A stretch of DNA of 48,059 nucleotides from an uncultured Planctomycetaceae bacterium (lineage in GTDB: Bacteria; Planctomycetota; Planctomycetia; Pirellulales; JAEUIK01): the NCBI GenBank assembly GCA_964576465.1, contig CAZNXE010000003.1, positions 7,047 to 55,105 on the forward strand, written 5' to 3'. Made by a program: the position numbers and the translations under genes. The notes under the pieces are model-generated. The model had not been told where the DNA came from and did no database searches. It worked only from the letters and a program-made list of their open reading frames with translations. This document shows, piece after piece, positions 1 through 10,541 of this stretch. The number at the start of each line of letters is the position of its first letter. Position 1 is the first letter of the stretch.

Positions 1-2054
1 TTGTCGGCCGGCAATACCTCGGCCACGACATGTTCGACGCCAACCTGCTTGGCGATCGATTCGGCGGTGGTGCGGTGATCGCCCGTGACGATCATCACGT
101 TTAGCCCCAGTTGCTTGAGTCGGTCGATAGCTTCGCGACTGTGGGGTGCGACCTCGTCGGCCACCACGATCATGCCGAGAAGTTGGCCATCGCTGGCCAC
201 TAACAACGGGCTCTGGCCTTGGGCGCGGCGCTGTGCAATGTCATCGCTTAGTGAATCGACTGCGATGCCCGCGGTGGTTAGCAACGACTCGTTTCCGACA
301 AGCACCGTGGCACCGCCCGTCTGCGCTCGCACCCCGGCACCGGCGACTACCTGTAGATCGGACGCCTGAATCTCGGCAAGGTGTCGCTCGTCCGCGGCAT
401 CAACGATGCACTGGGCCAGCGGATGTCGGCTAAGTCGCTCAGCCGCTGCGGCCACGCGAAGCACTTCATCTTGTGAGTGCCCCTGTACGGCGAAAATTTC
501 GACAACAGTGGGGCGACCCAGCGTCACCGTGCCTGTCTTGTCGAGCACCACGGTATGTAAACGTCCGGCGGCTTCCAGGGCGTGGGCCTCTTTGATTAGG
601 ATGCCCGCCTCCGCCCCGCGACCGCCACCCACCAGCACCGCGGTTGGCGTTGCCAACCCCAATGCACAGGGGCATGCTACGACTAGAACGGCGATCATCG
701 ACGACAGGCCACTGGGCCAGTCGTGCGCCGCCAGTCCCCACGCGGCCAGCGTGACAGCCGCAATCGAAAGGATGACAGGCACAAAATAGGTGACAACCCG
801 ATCGGCGAGCCGTTGCACGTCGGCCTTCGATTCCTGGGCACGACGTACCAGGTCGATCACCTCATCGAGCGACGTTCGTCCCGGCGGGCGATTGACGATG
901 GCCCGAAGCGATCCGTCGCCGTTGATCGAACCGGCCAGCAGTTGGTCGCCTGGTTGTTTTTCGACGGGCATCGATTCGCCACTTAACCACGACTCGTCGA
1001 GCTGCGACTGTCCATTCTCAATCTTGGCATCCAGCGGCACGCGGTCTCCCGGTTTGACAAGGACGGTCTGACCGACCTCAACCTCGTCAACCGCGCGCTG
1101 TACTTCGCGACCGTCGACGAGCACGGTTGCCTCATTGGGAGACAAATCTAGCAACTTGCGGATTGCCGACGAAGCACGGCCCTTGGCTCGCAGTTCCAGG
1201 GTCTTGCCGAACGTGATGAACACCAGAATCATGCCGGCGTCCATGAAGTGCATGTTCACCTCGCCCGCAATCACACTCGCGGCGCCTGACAAATAAGCCA
1301 CACCCGTACCCAAGGCAACCAAGGTATCCATGTTCGTCGACCCGTGTCTGGCGCGTTGCCAGGCGCCAACGTAGTAGGGCCAGCCGACAAACACCTGCAA
1401 GATGGTTGCCACGGACAGAGCGAACCACGACGTCCCGATTCCACTTGGAAACGCGAATCGAATCACGATCAAGACAACCAGTAACCCAGAACCCACAATC
1501 AGTCGTCGCTGCCAACGGGCCGCTTCCCGCGTGCTGCGTTCGCTCAGTTCGTCACCCCCGCCAGTGCCACGGGCAAGCTGTGCTTCGTAGCCTGCCTCGC
1601 GAACCGCGTCGATGAGTTTTTGGGCATCGGTTTTTCCGTTGGCCAAGAAAACGTTGGCCTGATCGGTCGCCAAGTTGACGTGGGCCGACTCTACTCCGGC
1701 GATGCTAGTCAATGCGGCTTCTACACGTTGAGCGCAGCTCGCGCAGTGCATGCCGTCGACATTCAGCAGTAAGCGGTCTGCCGATTCGTCTAGCCGCTCG
1801 GTCGGCGGCACGGCGACATCGGCTTCGCGCGTCTCACCAGCGGTGGACACTTGGGTGGAAAACCCTTTCGCGGTTACCGTCGATGCCATCTCCTGGACGC
1901 CAGTCTCCCCGGGTTCATAGTCGACCAGCGCGGTGCCCTGTTCTAAATCAACTTTCGCATGGCGAATGCCGGGCAACGTTTGCAGGGCAGTTGTGACTGT
2001 CTTGACACAGTGATCGCACCGCATTCCCTCGACATGCAGGGTCGTCTGTGCCAC
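1..2054 (-). CDS. copA: Heavy-metal (Cu+/Ag+-type, P1B) translocating P-type ATPase; C-terminus lies beyond the left edge
   Basis: Absent from the ORF track because it runs off the edge and starts at GTG 2054 (AAAGGA about 10 nt upstream). My minus-strand translation shows two N-terminal HMA domains ([13 protein letters not shown] near 2030, [13 protein letters not shown] near 1750). It also shows CPC in a TM helix ([12 protein letters not shown], ~660-690), DKTGT (~525-550), and [30 protein letters not shown] at 1-140. Confidence 0.85.
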   Translation of the reverse strand, partial: [684 protein letters not shown]

Positions 2055-2096
2055 GGTGTATGGTTCCTTTGTGATTGGTAGACGTATATCGCAGCG

Positions 2097-2119
2097 AGTG
2101 ATATCGATATGAGATCACT
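2097..2119. promoter_or_regulatory. Imperfect palindrome AGTGATATCGATATGAGATCACT in the divergent copA/cinA intergenic region; candidate operator
   Basis: Outer 6 bp (AGTGAT/ATCACT) pair perfectly and 8 of 10 arm positions pair overall. It sits 43-65 nt upstream of the copA GTG. No known metalloregulator box is recognised. Confidence 0.25.
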
Positions 2120-2334
2120 GCACTCTGGTCCCAATTGCTTATTATACGCGACGAGGAAGCGCGTACTGAAGGGTGGCAATCAATCTTCGCCCACTGGAAC
2201 GGTTGGAACTGGATTGTCACAATGGTCGTCTCGAGGCTTGACCGTTGATCGATGAGTCCGTGCGGTAAGACTCACCGACTCAAAGTCGCCTTGCGGTCAC
2301 AGGTACTATACTCCTTTCATGGGTGAGCGAACGC

Positions 2335-3588
2335 ATGCAGGCTGAAGTTGTTTCCATTGGCGACGAACTTACCAGCGGGCAGCGGCTCGATACGAATACT
2401 CAGTGGCTCAGCGAGCGGCTGGGCGAATTGGGCGTGCGTGTTGCCTACCACACCACGGTTGCCGACGACATCGAAGCCAACGTACGTGTGTTTCGCCAAG
2501 CAGTCCAACGGGTCGACGTGGTGGTTGCCACCGGAGGTTTGGGCCCCACGGCCGACGACCTGACGCGCGAGGCACTCGCGCAAGCGGCGGGCGTTGGGTT
2601 GGTGCTCGACGAATCGATCCTCGAACACATTCGTAATCTATTCGCCTTGTTCGGGCGCGACATGCCGGAACGAAATCGGGTGCAAGCGGAGTTTCCCGAA
2701 GGAAGTCTGCCCATCGCGAACCCCTCGGGCACGGCGCCGGGAATCGACATTCGCCTTCCGCGTGGCGACGGCGATACTTGCAGAGTCTTCGCACTGCCTG
2801 GTGTGCCGGCGGAAATGTACAAGATGTGGCACGAGACGGTTGCCGGAGAAATCTTGGCCGCCGGCGGCGGACTCCAAGTGATTCGCCACCGGCGGATCAA
2901 GTGTTTCGGGCTTGGCGAAAGCCATCTGGAAGAGAAGCTGCCCGATCTGATTCGTCGCGGACGCCAGCCATCGGTCGGCATTACGGTCAGCGGGGCGACG
3001 ATCACGTTGCGCATTACGGCACAGGGGGAAAACGCCGAGGAATGTCTGCGGTCGATGGAGCCGACCGTGGCCACCATTCATGAATGCCTGGGCGAGTTGG
3101 TATTCGGCGAGGGAGATGATGAACTTGCCGATGCCGTGAGCCGGATGTTGGTCGAACGAGACAAGACTTTGGCTACCGCGGAATGGGGCACCGGAGGCCT
3201 GATCGCCCATTGGCTCAACGAAGTCGCCGGCTCCAAAGCTTGCTTCCTGGGTGGTCTCGTTCCGCATACCGTTGAAGCGGCCCAGCGGATGCTCGATATC
3301 AGCCCCTCGATTCTCGAAGACAACCAACCGGTAAGCTCGCCCGTTGTCGAAGCGATGGCCATCGGCTGTAAAAAAATCACGGGGGCCGATTTCGCTTTAG
3401 CGGTGAGCGAGATGCCGGAGTTCGATTTCTCCAAGAAGAAGTCGGCCCGTTTTATCTTTGCGTTGGCAACCGCCGACACGGTGATCGTACGTTCGGCACC
3501 AATGCTTGGCGATCGATCGATCCACAAGATTCGCGCCGCCAAGCAGGCGCTCAATTTGCTGCGATTGACCTTGATTCGCGAGGGTTGA
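2335..3588 (+). CDS. cinA: CinA-family protein (MoCF-binding domain plus nicotinamide-nucleotide amidase PncC-like domain)
   Basis: MQAEVVSIGDELTSGQRLDTNTQWLSERL...VVATGGLGPTADDLTREALA is the typical CinA N-terminus. ATG 2335 is preferred over the track start 2323 because CinA proteins begin M-x-AE-(V/I)-(V/I)-S-(V/I)-G. Confidence 0.85.
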   Translation: MQAEVVSIGDELTSGQRLDTNTQWLSERLGELGVRVAYHTTVADDIEANVRVFRQAVQRVDVVVATGGLGPTADDLTREALAQAAGVGLVLDESILEHIRNLFALFGRDMPERNRVQAEFPEGSLPIANPSGTAPGIDIRLPRGDGDTCRVFALPGVPAEMYKMWHETVAGEILAAGGGLQVIRHRRIKCFGLGESHLEEKLPDLIRRGRQPSVGITVSGATITLRITAQGENAEECLRSMEPTVATIHECLGELVFGEGDDELADAVSRMLVERDKTLATAEWGTGGLIAHWLNEVAGSKACFLGGLVPHTVEAAQRMLDISPSILEDNQPVSSPVVEAMAIGCKKITGADFALAVSEMPEFDFSKKKSARFIFALATADTVIVRSAPMLGDRSIHKIRAAKQALNLLRLTLIREG

Positions 3589-3590
3589 GA

Positions 3591-4970
3591 TTAAGCGTCT
3601 ATCTCGCCCTCGGCTTTCAACATTTTCAACGTCTTTTGAAACGCATCGACGGTGCGGTCGAGATCGTTGTCGGTGTGTACGCATGAAGTGGGGCCCCCGG
3701 GCCAAACGAAAATCTCCACACCGTGCAATAACATCCCCAACCGCAACTTCGTCTGGAGTTGCGGGCGTGGCTTCGCTTTCAACAGGCGTGCATCGTAGTC
3801 GCCCCGGTCAAGTTGCTCTCGGCTGATAGGTTCTGCCTGGGGATTGGTATAGATGTGGAAGCCCGAGAACGTACCGTAAACGGTCCAGTTCGTCCCCGCT
3901 TGTTGGCAGACATCGTTTAGCGCATCTCGCAATCGCCCAGCATATTGAATTGCCGTGTCGCAGGCTTTGGTGCTGGAAACGATTTCTAATGCCTTGCTTC
4001 CCGCGGCTGCCGAAAGCGGATTGGCGTTGAAGGTGCCGTGATGGCTGATCTTCTCACGACCGCTGACTTCTGCCGCTCGATGGTCGAGCAGGTCCATGAT
4101 TTCGCGGCTCCCGGCGACCGCCCCGCCCGGCAGCCCGCCGGCGAGGATCTTTGCCAGTGTTGTTAGATCGGGGGTGACGTCAAAGAATTCCTGCGCCCCG
4201 CCAGGGGAACAGCGAAAGCCGGTGATGACCTCGTCGAAAATCAACACGATTTCACGCTGGGTCGTCATACGGCGCAATTCGACAAGAAACTCCTTGAGAA
4301 GCGGCAACTGTCCCCAACTAGCCCCCGTCGGTTCGATGATGACCGCCGCGATATCATCTTGGTCGAGCACTTGCTCCGTGCCTTGGACATCGCCCGCGGG
4401 CGCGAGGCAGACGTTGTTGGCCACCTCGGTCAAGACGCCCGGCGTTGCCGTGCCGTCGAAGTGCGAGGCAACACCAAAGGCCATGTGATCGTGCCATCCA
4501 TGGAAGTGCCCGATGAAACGCACCAGTTTCGATCGACCCGAGAAGGCCCGGGCCAATCGCAAAGCCAGCAACGTGGCTTCCGTACCGGAACTGGTAAAGC
4601 GAACCAATTTGGCCGACGGCACCATTTCACAGACAAGTTCAGCCCAACGATTTTCGAGTTCGTGACTGGAGCCGAAGTGAGTCCCGCGGAGAAGTTGTTG
4701 CTGGACCGCATCGATCACTTCCGGATGATTATGCCCCAGCAGCAGGGCTCCATGGCCACCGGAGTAGTCTACGTACTCGTTGCCGTCGACATCCCACTTG
4801 CGCGAACCCGACGCTCGCGACACGAAAATGCCGTGCGGTTCGATGTAACGACCATCGTGCGTCACCCCTCCGGCGATACTGCGACGTGCGTCCGCGGCGA
4901 GTTTTGCCGAGGTGGGAGTTTTGTCGCAGAACGCTTGAACGATTGCCGAATTCGTCAGTGTTTCGACCAC
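3591..4970 (-). CDS. Class-III PLP-dependent aminotransferase (glutamate-1-semialdehyde aminomutase-like)
   Basis: 459-aa ORF with WDVDGNEYVDYSGGHGALLLGHNHPEV and FDEVITGFR motifs typical of the class-III aminotransferase fold. Substrate is not assignable. Confidence 0.75.
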   Translation of the reverse strand: MVETLTNSAIVQAFCDKTPTSAKLAADARRSIAGGVTHDGRYIEPHGIFVSRASGSRKWDVDGNEYVDYSGGHGALLLGHNHPEVIDAVQQQLLRGTHFGSSHELENRWAELVCEMVPSAKLVRFTSSGTEATLLALRLARAFSGRSKLVRFIGHFHGWHDHMAFGVASHFDGTATPGVLTEVANNVCLAPAGDVQGTEQVLDQDDIAAVIIEPTGASWGQLPLLKEFLVELRRMTTQREIVLIFDEVITGFRCSPGGAQEFFDVTPDLTTLAKILAGGLPGGAVAGSREIMDLLDHRAAEVSGREKISHHGTFNANPLSAAAGSKALEIVSSTKACDTAIQYAGRLRDALNDVCQQAGTNWTVYGTFSGFHIYTNPQAEPISREQLDRGDYDARLLKAKPRPQLQTKLRLGMLLHGVEIFVWPGGPTSCVHTDNDLDRTVDAFQKTLKMLKAEGEIDA

Positions 4971-5064
4971 GCGAGCCTCTCTCGTTCTGTTGAAACGATC
5001 TTGAAGAACAGCAGAAAGTCTAGCAGACTCTGCCGGGTGCCCGAAGCCGGGCGATGGCAGCGTT

Positions 5065-6204
5065 TCAACCGGCTTCGGCGATCACGGTCTTGTATTGGGC
5101 GGCCAACTTTCCGGCAGCCCGTTGAATCGCGAATTGTTTGACGGCCCGCGCTCGTCCAGCCGACGAAAGCCGCGCGTGAAGCGAGCGATCATTGAGCAAT
5201 CGCCCCCACGAGGAAGCGAATCCTTCGACGTCATCGGCAGCCACCAGCAAGCCACCTTCGTTCTCCGTGGGAAATATCTCTCGCGTACCGCCAACGTCCG
5301 TAGCCACCACGGGCAAGCCACATGCCGCGGCTTCTAGCAGCACTCGCCCAAGCGGTTCTTGCCGGGCCGCATGCACCAGCGCGTGTAACTCTGGCAGCAG
5401 ATGGGCAACGTCGTCGCACTCACCGAGAAAATGTACGCGCCCGGATAGGTCACCCTTGGTGGCGCGGTGGTGCAGATCTTCCTCAAACCGCCTCGCTTCG
5501 TCTTTTTGAGAATGCCGTCGCCCGACGATCAACAAATGGGCTGCGGCGTGCTTGTCGGTAATCCGCGCGAAGGCCTCCAGGAGAACATTCTGGCCCTTAC
5601 GTAGCCCGATCTGGCCGATGGAACCAAACAAAACCGCGCGGTCGGAGAGACCCAACTGCTTGTGTAGAAAACCAGATGGTGTGCGAGGTTGAAACGCGTC
5701 GAGATCGATTCCGTTGTAGATGACATGTGTATTCGCGTCGTCCAATCCTTGTGCAACGTGAAAAGCGTGAACTGCCTGAGAGACAGCCAGCAATCGCGTG
5801 TGTCTGTTCAAGTCGGTCACGGCCTGTCGGCTAAGTCGAAGGATATCACGCAAGTGGGCGATACTTGGCAGATGGATCCCTGCGACTACCGGCCCGGACA
5901 ACCGCCCCATGCTAAGGCTGTTGGCATGAACAAGATCAAGCTTTTGACTGCTCAAGAGGTCGGTGAGTTCGTGACGAAGCTCATCGCCATCACGACGACG
6001 TCCGGAGGGGTCGCGAACGTCGAAGGGGATATGTTCGACGCCCCCGGATTGAAGTGACGCCCGCAGGGGGCCACTCGTTGGGGCGATCGCCAGGGGATCG
6101 AAGCCGGCTTCGCGCACTCCGTCGAGTGTGGCTAGTAACGATCGCTCGGCGCCGTTGAGTTCGCCAAACTCAAACAACCAACCTACTCGGGCCATCTGTG
6201 GCAA
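5065..6204 (-). CDS. Glycosyltransferase, GT-B fold (family 4/1-like)
   Basis: 379-aa ORF. The C-terminal half contains EPLGRVLLEAAACGLPVVATDVGGTREI, the E-x7-E style GT1/GT4 signature. Confidence 0.75.
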   Translation of the reverse strand: MPQMARVGWLFEFGELNGAERSLLATLDGVREAGFDPLAIAPTSGPLRASLQSGGVEHIPFDVRDPSGRRRDGDELRHELTDLLSSQKLDLVHANSLSMGRLSGPVVAGIHLPSIAHLRDILRLSRQAVTDLNRHTRLLAVSQAVHAFHVAQGLDDANTHVIYNGIDLDAFQPRTPSGFLHKQLGLSDRAVLFGSIGQIGLRKGQNVLLEAFARITDKHAAAHLLIVGRRHSQKDEARRFEEDLHHRATKGDLSGRVHFLGECDDVAHLLPELHALVHAARQEPLGRVLLEAAACGLPVVATDVGGTREIFPTENEGGLLVAADDVEGFASSWGRLLNDRSLHARLSSAGRARAVKQFAIQRAAGKLAAQYKTVIAEAG

Positions 6205-6222
6205 CCCATCACGGTGTTGTGG

Positions 6223-7110
6223 CTACAGCAATCCGTAGGCAGTCAGTGTTCGCCGCAGCTTGGCCTCGTCGGCCTCGCTTAGGGGAGTCATCGGCATTCG
6301 CAACTCACCCGTGTCGCGGCCCAACATGCGCATGGCAGCCTTGATCGGAATGGGGTTGGTGGACAATCCCAACATGTCGCGACACAGCGGGAATAGTTTT
6401 TGATGCAGACCTTGTGCTTTGGTCAAGTCGTCCGAATCCAACGCGCGACATAGGGCCAGCATGTCGCCTGGGACAATATTGCCAACCACCGAAACCACGC
6501 CCCGGCCGCCCAATGCCATCAGGGGCAACGTCAAGCTGTCGTCGCCGCTGAGTACGGTCAGATCGGTCTCGCAAATGATTCGAGACGCTTGGTCCATTAG
6601 TCCAGCCGCTTCCTTCACCATCGCGATGCCGGAGATTTCGGCCAAACGGCAAATAGTTTCCGGCTCGATATTCTTACCCGTTCGCCCTGGAATGTTGTAG
6701 ACACAGATCGGAATATCGACCGCCTCGGCCAGGGCTTTGAAGTGTTGGTACAGACCTTCTTGTGTGGGCTTGTTGTAATACGGAGCGACCACCAGCGCGG
6801 CGTCGGCTCCCTCTCGGGCAGCCCACTTGGTTAGTCGCAATGCTTCGGCAGTGCTGTTACTGCCGGTGCCGGCCATGACCTTGATTCTTCCCGCGGCTGT
6901 CTGAACCACCGACGAGATGACCCGTTCGTGTTCTTCGTGCGACAGCGTGGGCGATTCGCCGGTGGTTCCACACGGACACAAACAGCCCGTTCCCGCGGCG
7001 ATTTGAAATTCGACCTGCGTTTTCAACGCATCGTAGTCCACCGCACCGTCGGCAAAGGGGGTGGTGATGGCTACTGAAAGACCGGCGAATGCCTCAGCCC
7101 GAGTCGTCAT
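6223..7110 (-). CDS. dapA: 4-hydroxy-tetrahydrodipicolinate synthase
   Basis: 295 aa with [38 protein letters not shown] and VYNIPGRTG, which are characteristic DapA blocks. Confidence 0.9.
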   Translation of the reverse strand: MTTRAEAFAGLSVAITTPFADGAVDYDALKTQVEFQIAAGTGCLCPCGTTGESPTLSHEEHERVISSVVQTAAGRIKVMAGTGSNSTAEALRLTKWAAREGADAALVVAPYYNKPTQEGLYQHFKALAEAVDIPICVYNIPGRTGKNIEPETICRLAEISGIAMVKEAAGLMDQASRIICETDLTVLSGDDSLTLPLMALGGRGVVSVVGNIVPGDMLALCRALDSDDLTKAQGLHQKLFPLCRDMLGLSTNPIPIKAAMRMLGRDTGELRMPMTPLSEADEAKLRRTLTAYGLL

Positions 7111-7284
7111 TGTAATTCTCCGTCGACCAAATTCCGTTTGTTGCCACGCATTCCGTGGTGGCCGTCATGTTCACAATCGTCGCTGGGGATTCGTTCGGAC
7201 AGTTTTCTATCCCGGTGCGAATCCATTCTGCCAGCGAGGGCGCATCATAGCGCTACCCCACCCGCTGTGTAAAGCGGCAGACCG

Positions 7285-7998
7285 CTATGCCATGAGCTGT
7301 TTCATCTCTCGAACGGCCTCACGAAAGCCAACCATGATCGATCTCGCGATGATGCTGTGTCCGATATTCAACTCGCACATGTCGGGCAAATGCGCCACGG
7401 GAATAACATTTCGATAGGTCAGACCGTGACCGGCGTGGAGGGTTAGTTCCGCACGACGGGCGGTTGCCCCGGCGAGTGACAACGTCTGTAGCTGTCGCTG
7501 CTGCGAATCACTGTCGGCAGCTAACGCGAATTGGCCCGTGTGTAGTTCCACGGCGTCTGCCCCAATGTCGGCAGTCGCATCAATCTGTTCGGGGTCGGGG
7601 TCGACAAACAGGCTGACTTCGATCCCCGCATCTTTCAGGCGCGAAACCGCATCCTTAATGCGATCGCGATGGACCAGCACATCGAGCCCTCCTTCGGTCG
7701 TCACCTCTTCGCGTCGTTCGGGAACCAACGTGCATTGGGCCGGCTTGTAGCGACATGCAAGTTCCAACACGTCGTCATCGCACGCGATTTCCAGATTGAG
7801 CTTCACGGTCGCCGTCTCGCTCAGAACACGCAAGTCGCGCTCTTGAACATGACGCCGGTCTTCCCGAACATGCAGCGTAATGCCGTCGGCACCGCCGAGT
7901 TCTGCCAATGTGGCGGCCCACACCGGATCAGGTTCGTTCGTTCCCCGCGCTTGCCGCACGGTTGCTACATGATCGATATTCACATTCAGACGTGCCAT
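7285..7998 (-). CDS. pdxJ: Pyridoxine 5'-phosphate synthase
   Basis: 237 aa with an N-terminus [22 protein letters not shown] and [16 protein letters not shown], typical of PdxJ. Confidence 0.9.
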   Translation of the reverse strand: MARLNVNIDHVATVRQARGTNEPDPVWAATLAELGGADGITLHVREDRRHVQERDLRVLSETATVKLNLEIACDDDVLELACRYKPAQCTLVPERREEVTTEGGLDVLVHRDRIKDAVSRLKDAGIEVSLFVDPDPEQIDATADIGADAVELHTGQFALAADSDSQQRQLQTLSLAGATARRAELTLHAGHGLTYRNVIPVAHLPDMCELNIGHSIIARSIMVGFREAVREMKQLMA

Positions 7999-8208
7999 CG
8001 GGCGTTGGCCTCCGCCGGGGTTAGATGCCCTCGAAATTCAATTCGCCGGTGCTTGGATCATGCCATCTACGAGGGGATTTGAGAAGCGCCCAGCAGTCCA
8101 GCTTTTTGACATTCTCGACCTCATGGCATCGTCAGCACGACAGCAAAGGGCGGGCGTAGGTTCGCGGTTTCAACGCTTCGGAGCGGAAAGAAGCCGGTTG
8201 CCTGCATG

Positions 8209-8955
8209 TCACTGTTCGCGATCGATCAACAGCCGTTCTCGGGAATACTCGCGGTATCGGTCGATGTGTTGGTCGCCGTTGGTGTCATCTTCCAGGATAA
8301 TGTGTCCTGTGTCGGGATCGAATCGCAGGCGTCGGGAGAAGCCGCCGGGGCGTGGCAAGGACTCGAGCGGCTCGTTCAGTTCCCCCAGTGCTTCCCAAAG
8401 CTTGTTTTCGGGGGGAGTTTCGTTGGCGGGTTTTGAAGTCAATGCCCAAAAGGTCAACCCTCCCGCGAGCATGACGAGCACCACGGGTACCCACAGCTTT
8501 GCCGGATCGAGTCCAAGTTCAGCTTCATCGCGGTCGAGAGCCGGATCGAACTGCGGTGTTGTGCGTTCCTCCGACTGTGCAGCTTCAGAGGTTTCGGGCT
8601 CATCGGTCCCCAATTGACCTTGCATCAATTCAGCTGCTCTTGTGGAGTCTTCCTTGTCGACCGAAAGAATGTAGTGGCGATTCCACTGCCCCTGAGCGGC
8701 GTTGAACTCGTCGACCTCCCGGACCGCCATCTCGATGTGGTTGTCTGCGAGCATTTCCTCGAAGAAGCCAAGTTCCGCCATGTTGGTGAACCGCGCGATT
8801 GGAACCTTCGATGAATTCACCTCGGCGGAATCACTCTCTCCGAGAGGGTCCGCGGACCCGCAATGAGGGCAGAGCGCCGCCTTTGGCTCCGACGCTCCCG
8901 GCAGCCCTTCGGCGAATGCTTCAAATTCGGTTCCACAGTGACGGCAACGATTCAT
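8209..8955 (-). CDS. Hypothetical membrane protein with an N-terminal CxxC...CxxC zinc ribbon
   Basis: MNRCRHCGTEF...CPHCGS zinc-ribbon pattern, an acidic linker, and one hydrophobic helix (LWVPVVLVMLAGGLTFWAL). No family recognised. Confidence 0.55.
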   Translation of the reverse strand: MNRCRHCGTEFEAFAEGLPGASEPKAALCPHCGSADPLGESDSAEVNSSKVPIARFTNMAELGFFEEMLADNHIEMAVREVDEFNAAQGQWNRHYILSVDKEDSTRAAELMQGQLGTDEPETSEAAQSEERTTPQFDPALDRDEAELGLDPAKLWVPVVLVMLAGGLTFWALTSKPANETPPENKLWEALGELNEPLESLPRPGGFSRRLRFDPDTGHIILEDDTNGDQHIDRYREYSRERLLIDREQ

Positions 8956-9308
8956 CTTGATGGGCTAGTCTCGTTCGTTCTTCGGATATCCGTCATCTCA
9001 CGATCTCTCCCATATTCAGGCTTCGAGAGATCCTGTGTAAGATGCAAGTCCTTTTTTAGTATGGCTTTACAGCTATTTTACGAAGTGCCAATAATTGAGC
9101 TAAACTTTTGGTGACCACAGGTCGACAGGCGACAGCGGGCTCCTCATGGCTCGCCGTGGCTTGGGTCACTTTTCACCACATCTTATCTGAAATCACGACC
9201 GACCGCCCGTTTGATATCCCGCGCATTCAGTGCAGGGTAGGGCCCTTGCTGTCAGCACCGTTTTGCAACTTTGATTCCACACCACGATTTGAGACGGGAA
9301 GAGACATC

Positions 9309-9644
9309 ATGAAATGCCAAGAATTGGCCGAGCGTATCCAAGAGATGCAACCCGAAGCGATGCCGCGCGATGTCGCCAGACTTTGTCTGTTGTTGACGAA
9401 CTACATCGACGACATCGACCATCTCAGCGAAGAGGAGGAACTGACGCAAGCCTGGCAGGAAATGGGGATTCGTCTACAGGCAGCCACCGACCAACATGCC
9501 GCGATGACCGAAGAGCTTGAAGCTTTGGCCAGCTCCGATCCAACCAAGTTCTCGAAAGATCAAATCTGGATTCTCATTCGGGCCATCAAAGTGCAAAGTC
9601 AGGTCCTGCAGCTATACGTGGGTCAAGCGGTGCTTGATGTCTAA
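9309..9644 (+). CDS. Small acidic helical hypothetical protein
   Basis: ATG 9309 (MKCQELAERIQEM...) inside track ORF 9108-9644. The upstream part of that ORF is low-complexity and overlaps an AT-rich promoter-like region. No family recognised. Confidence 0.4.
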   Translation: MKCQELAERIQEMQPEAMPRDVARLCLLLTNYIDDIDHLSEEEELTQAWQEMGIRLQAATDQHAAMTEELEALASSDPTKFSKDQIWILIRAIKVQSQVLQLYVGQAVLDV

Positions 9645-9734
9645 TCGAGAGCACTCAGAGAAGAGCATGTCAAAGCATTGCTGTTGACCATAAACGGTTG
9701 CCGCGTGGTAGTGTGACGATTCGTTAGAACCTTG

Positions 9735-10514
9735 CTACCACGCGAGTGAATACTCAGGTCTGTTCTCGGGATGGTCGCAAAACGACTCGGCCGAAGTTCG
9801 GAGGATTTCTCGCTTCCAATTCGTCTCGTGAACGGGCCACGCCCTAATTTCCGACAGCGCGAAGCCGATATGGTGTGGGAGGCCATGCCGATGGGCTTGC
9901 TGCCAACATTCTTGCTCCAGGCGAGTTGGCGGGGGAACACGCCCTGTTACGTTGCTGCGACGCATTGAAAGCTGGCCCTGATCGAAGATGCTGATGATGA
10001 CTCTTGGGCCGCAGTCCAGCATTCGGCGAGCAATCAGCTCGTGGCTTGCCGTCTCGTACCGCGATTTCAAATGGAACAAGTCCCAGCCGCATGCTGCTGC
10101 GTCGGCGGCAAACCACGTTTGCGGTAACAGCAATCGCCCGGCGAGCAAGTTCGCTACGTGTTCTCGCGTGTGGGGTGGCGCTTCTAGGGGATCGACTCCT
10201 AGAATCCGAAACACACGATGAGCCCAACGCTCGCCGATCTCGTGAGCCACGGCCCACTGCCGACGCTCACGACGCGGCTCAGGGCGTAGGAATATCGTCC
10301 CACCCCCCGACTCTGAACAACGCGGCCCTCCGCTAAGCTGAACGAATCGGGCCCGCCCGGGCTGTTCGCGATCGTGAACCACATCGATCCCCAACGTTGC
10401 CGCCACGGTAAATGCGTTCACAGGCGGCTGAAAGACTCTTGCGTCGGACAACACCGCGGTCGAAACGTCTTCCAGCGCCGCGTCGAGGTCGTGTTTTGTG
10501 ATCTCAGGCAACAT
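9735..10514 (-). CDS. ImmA/IrrE-like (DUF955-type) metallopeptidase-domain protein with a C-terminal extension
   Basis: RRERRQWAVAHEIGERWAH...REHVANLLAGRLLLPQTWF...LKSRYETASHELIARRM follows the ImmA/IrrE layout (R-F-x-x-AHE-x-G-H ... E-A-N-x-F-A-x-x-L-L-x-P ... S-x-x-A-x-x-x-R). The second zinc-binding His of HExxH is replaced (HEIGE). Confidence 0.5.
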   Translation of the reverse strand: MLPEITKHDLDAALEDVSTAVLSDARVFQPPVNAFTVAATLGIDVVHDREQPGRARFVQLSGGPRCSESGGGTIFLRPEPRRERRQWAVAHEIGERWAHRVFRILGVDPLEAPPHTREHVANLLAGRLLLPQTWFAADAAACGWDLFHLKSRYETASHELIARRMLDCGPRVIISIFDQGQLSMRRSNVTGRVPPPTRLEQECWQQAHRHGLPHHIGFALSEIRAWPVHETNWKREILRTSAESFCDHPENRPEYSLAW

Positions 10515-10541
10515 GCGTCCCAGCCGCCTCGGATAAGTAAT

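Noticed and set aside
2445-3327. Long antisense ORFs opposite cinA (2445-3077, 2638-3327). Similar cases lie opposite the sigma-54 regulator (24160-24846), nagB (30525-31418), dinB (41414-42208), rimO (11802-12431), the aminotransferase (4359-5141) and selD (46173-46782).
   Set aside because: All overlap genes with strong motif support on the other strand and have Arg/Pro/Ser/Gly-rich low-complexity translations typical of shadow frames in GC-rich DNA.
7211-7230. tRNA-like T-loop sequence CCCGGTGCGAATCCATTC between dapA and pdxJ
   Set aside because: The flanking bases cannot form a T-stem or acceptor stem, and no anticodon arm can be drawn. I found no tRNA, rRNA, tmRNA, RNase P or SRP RNA signature anywhere in the window.
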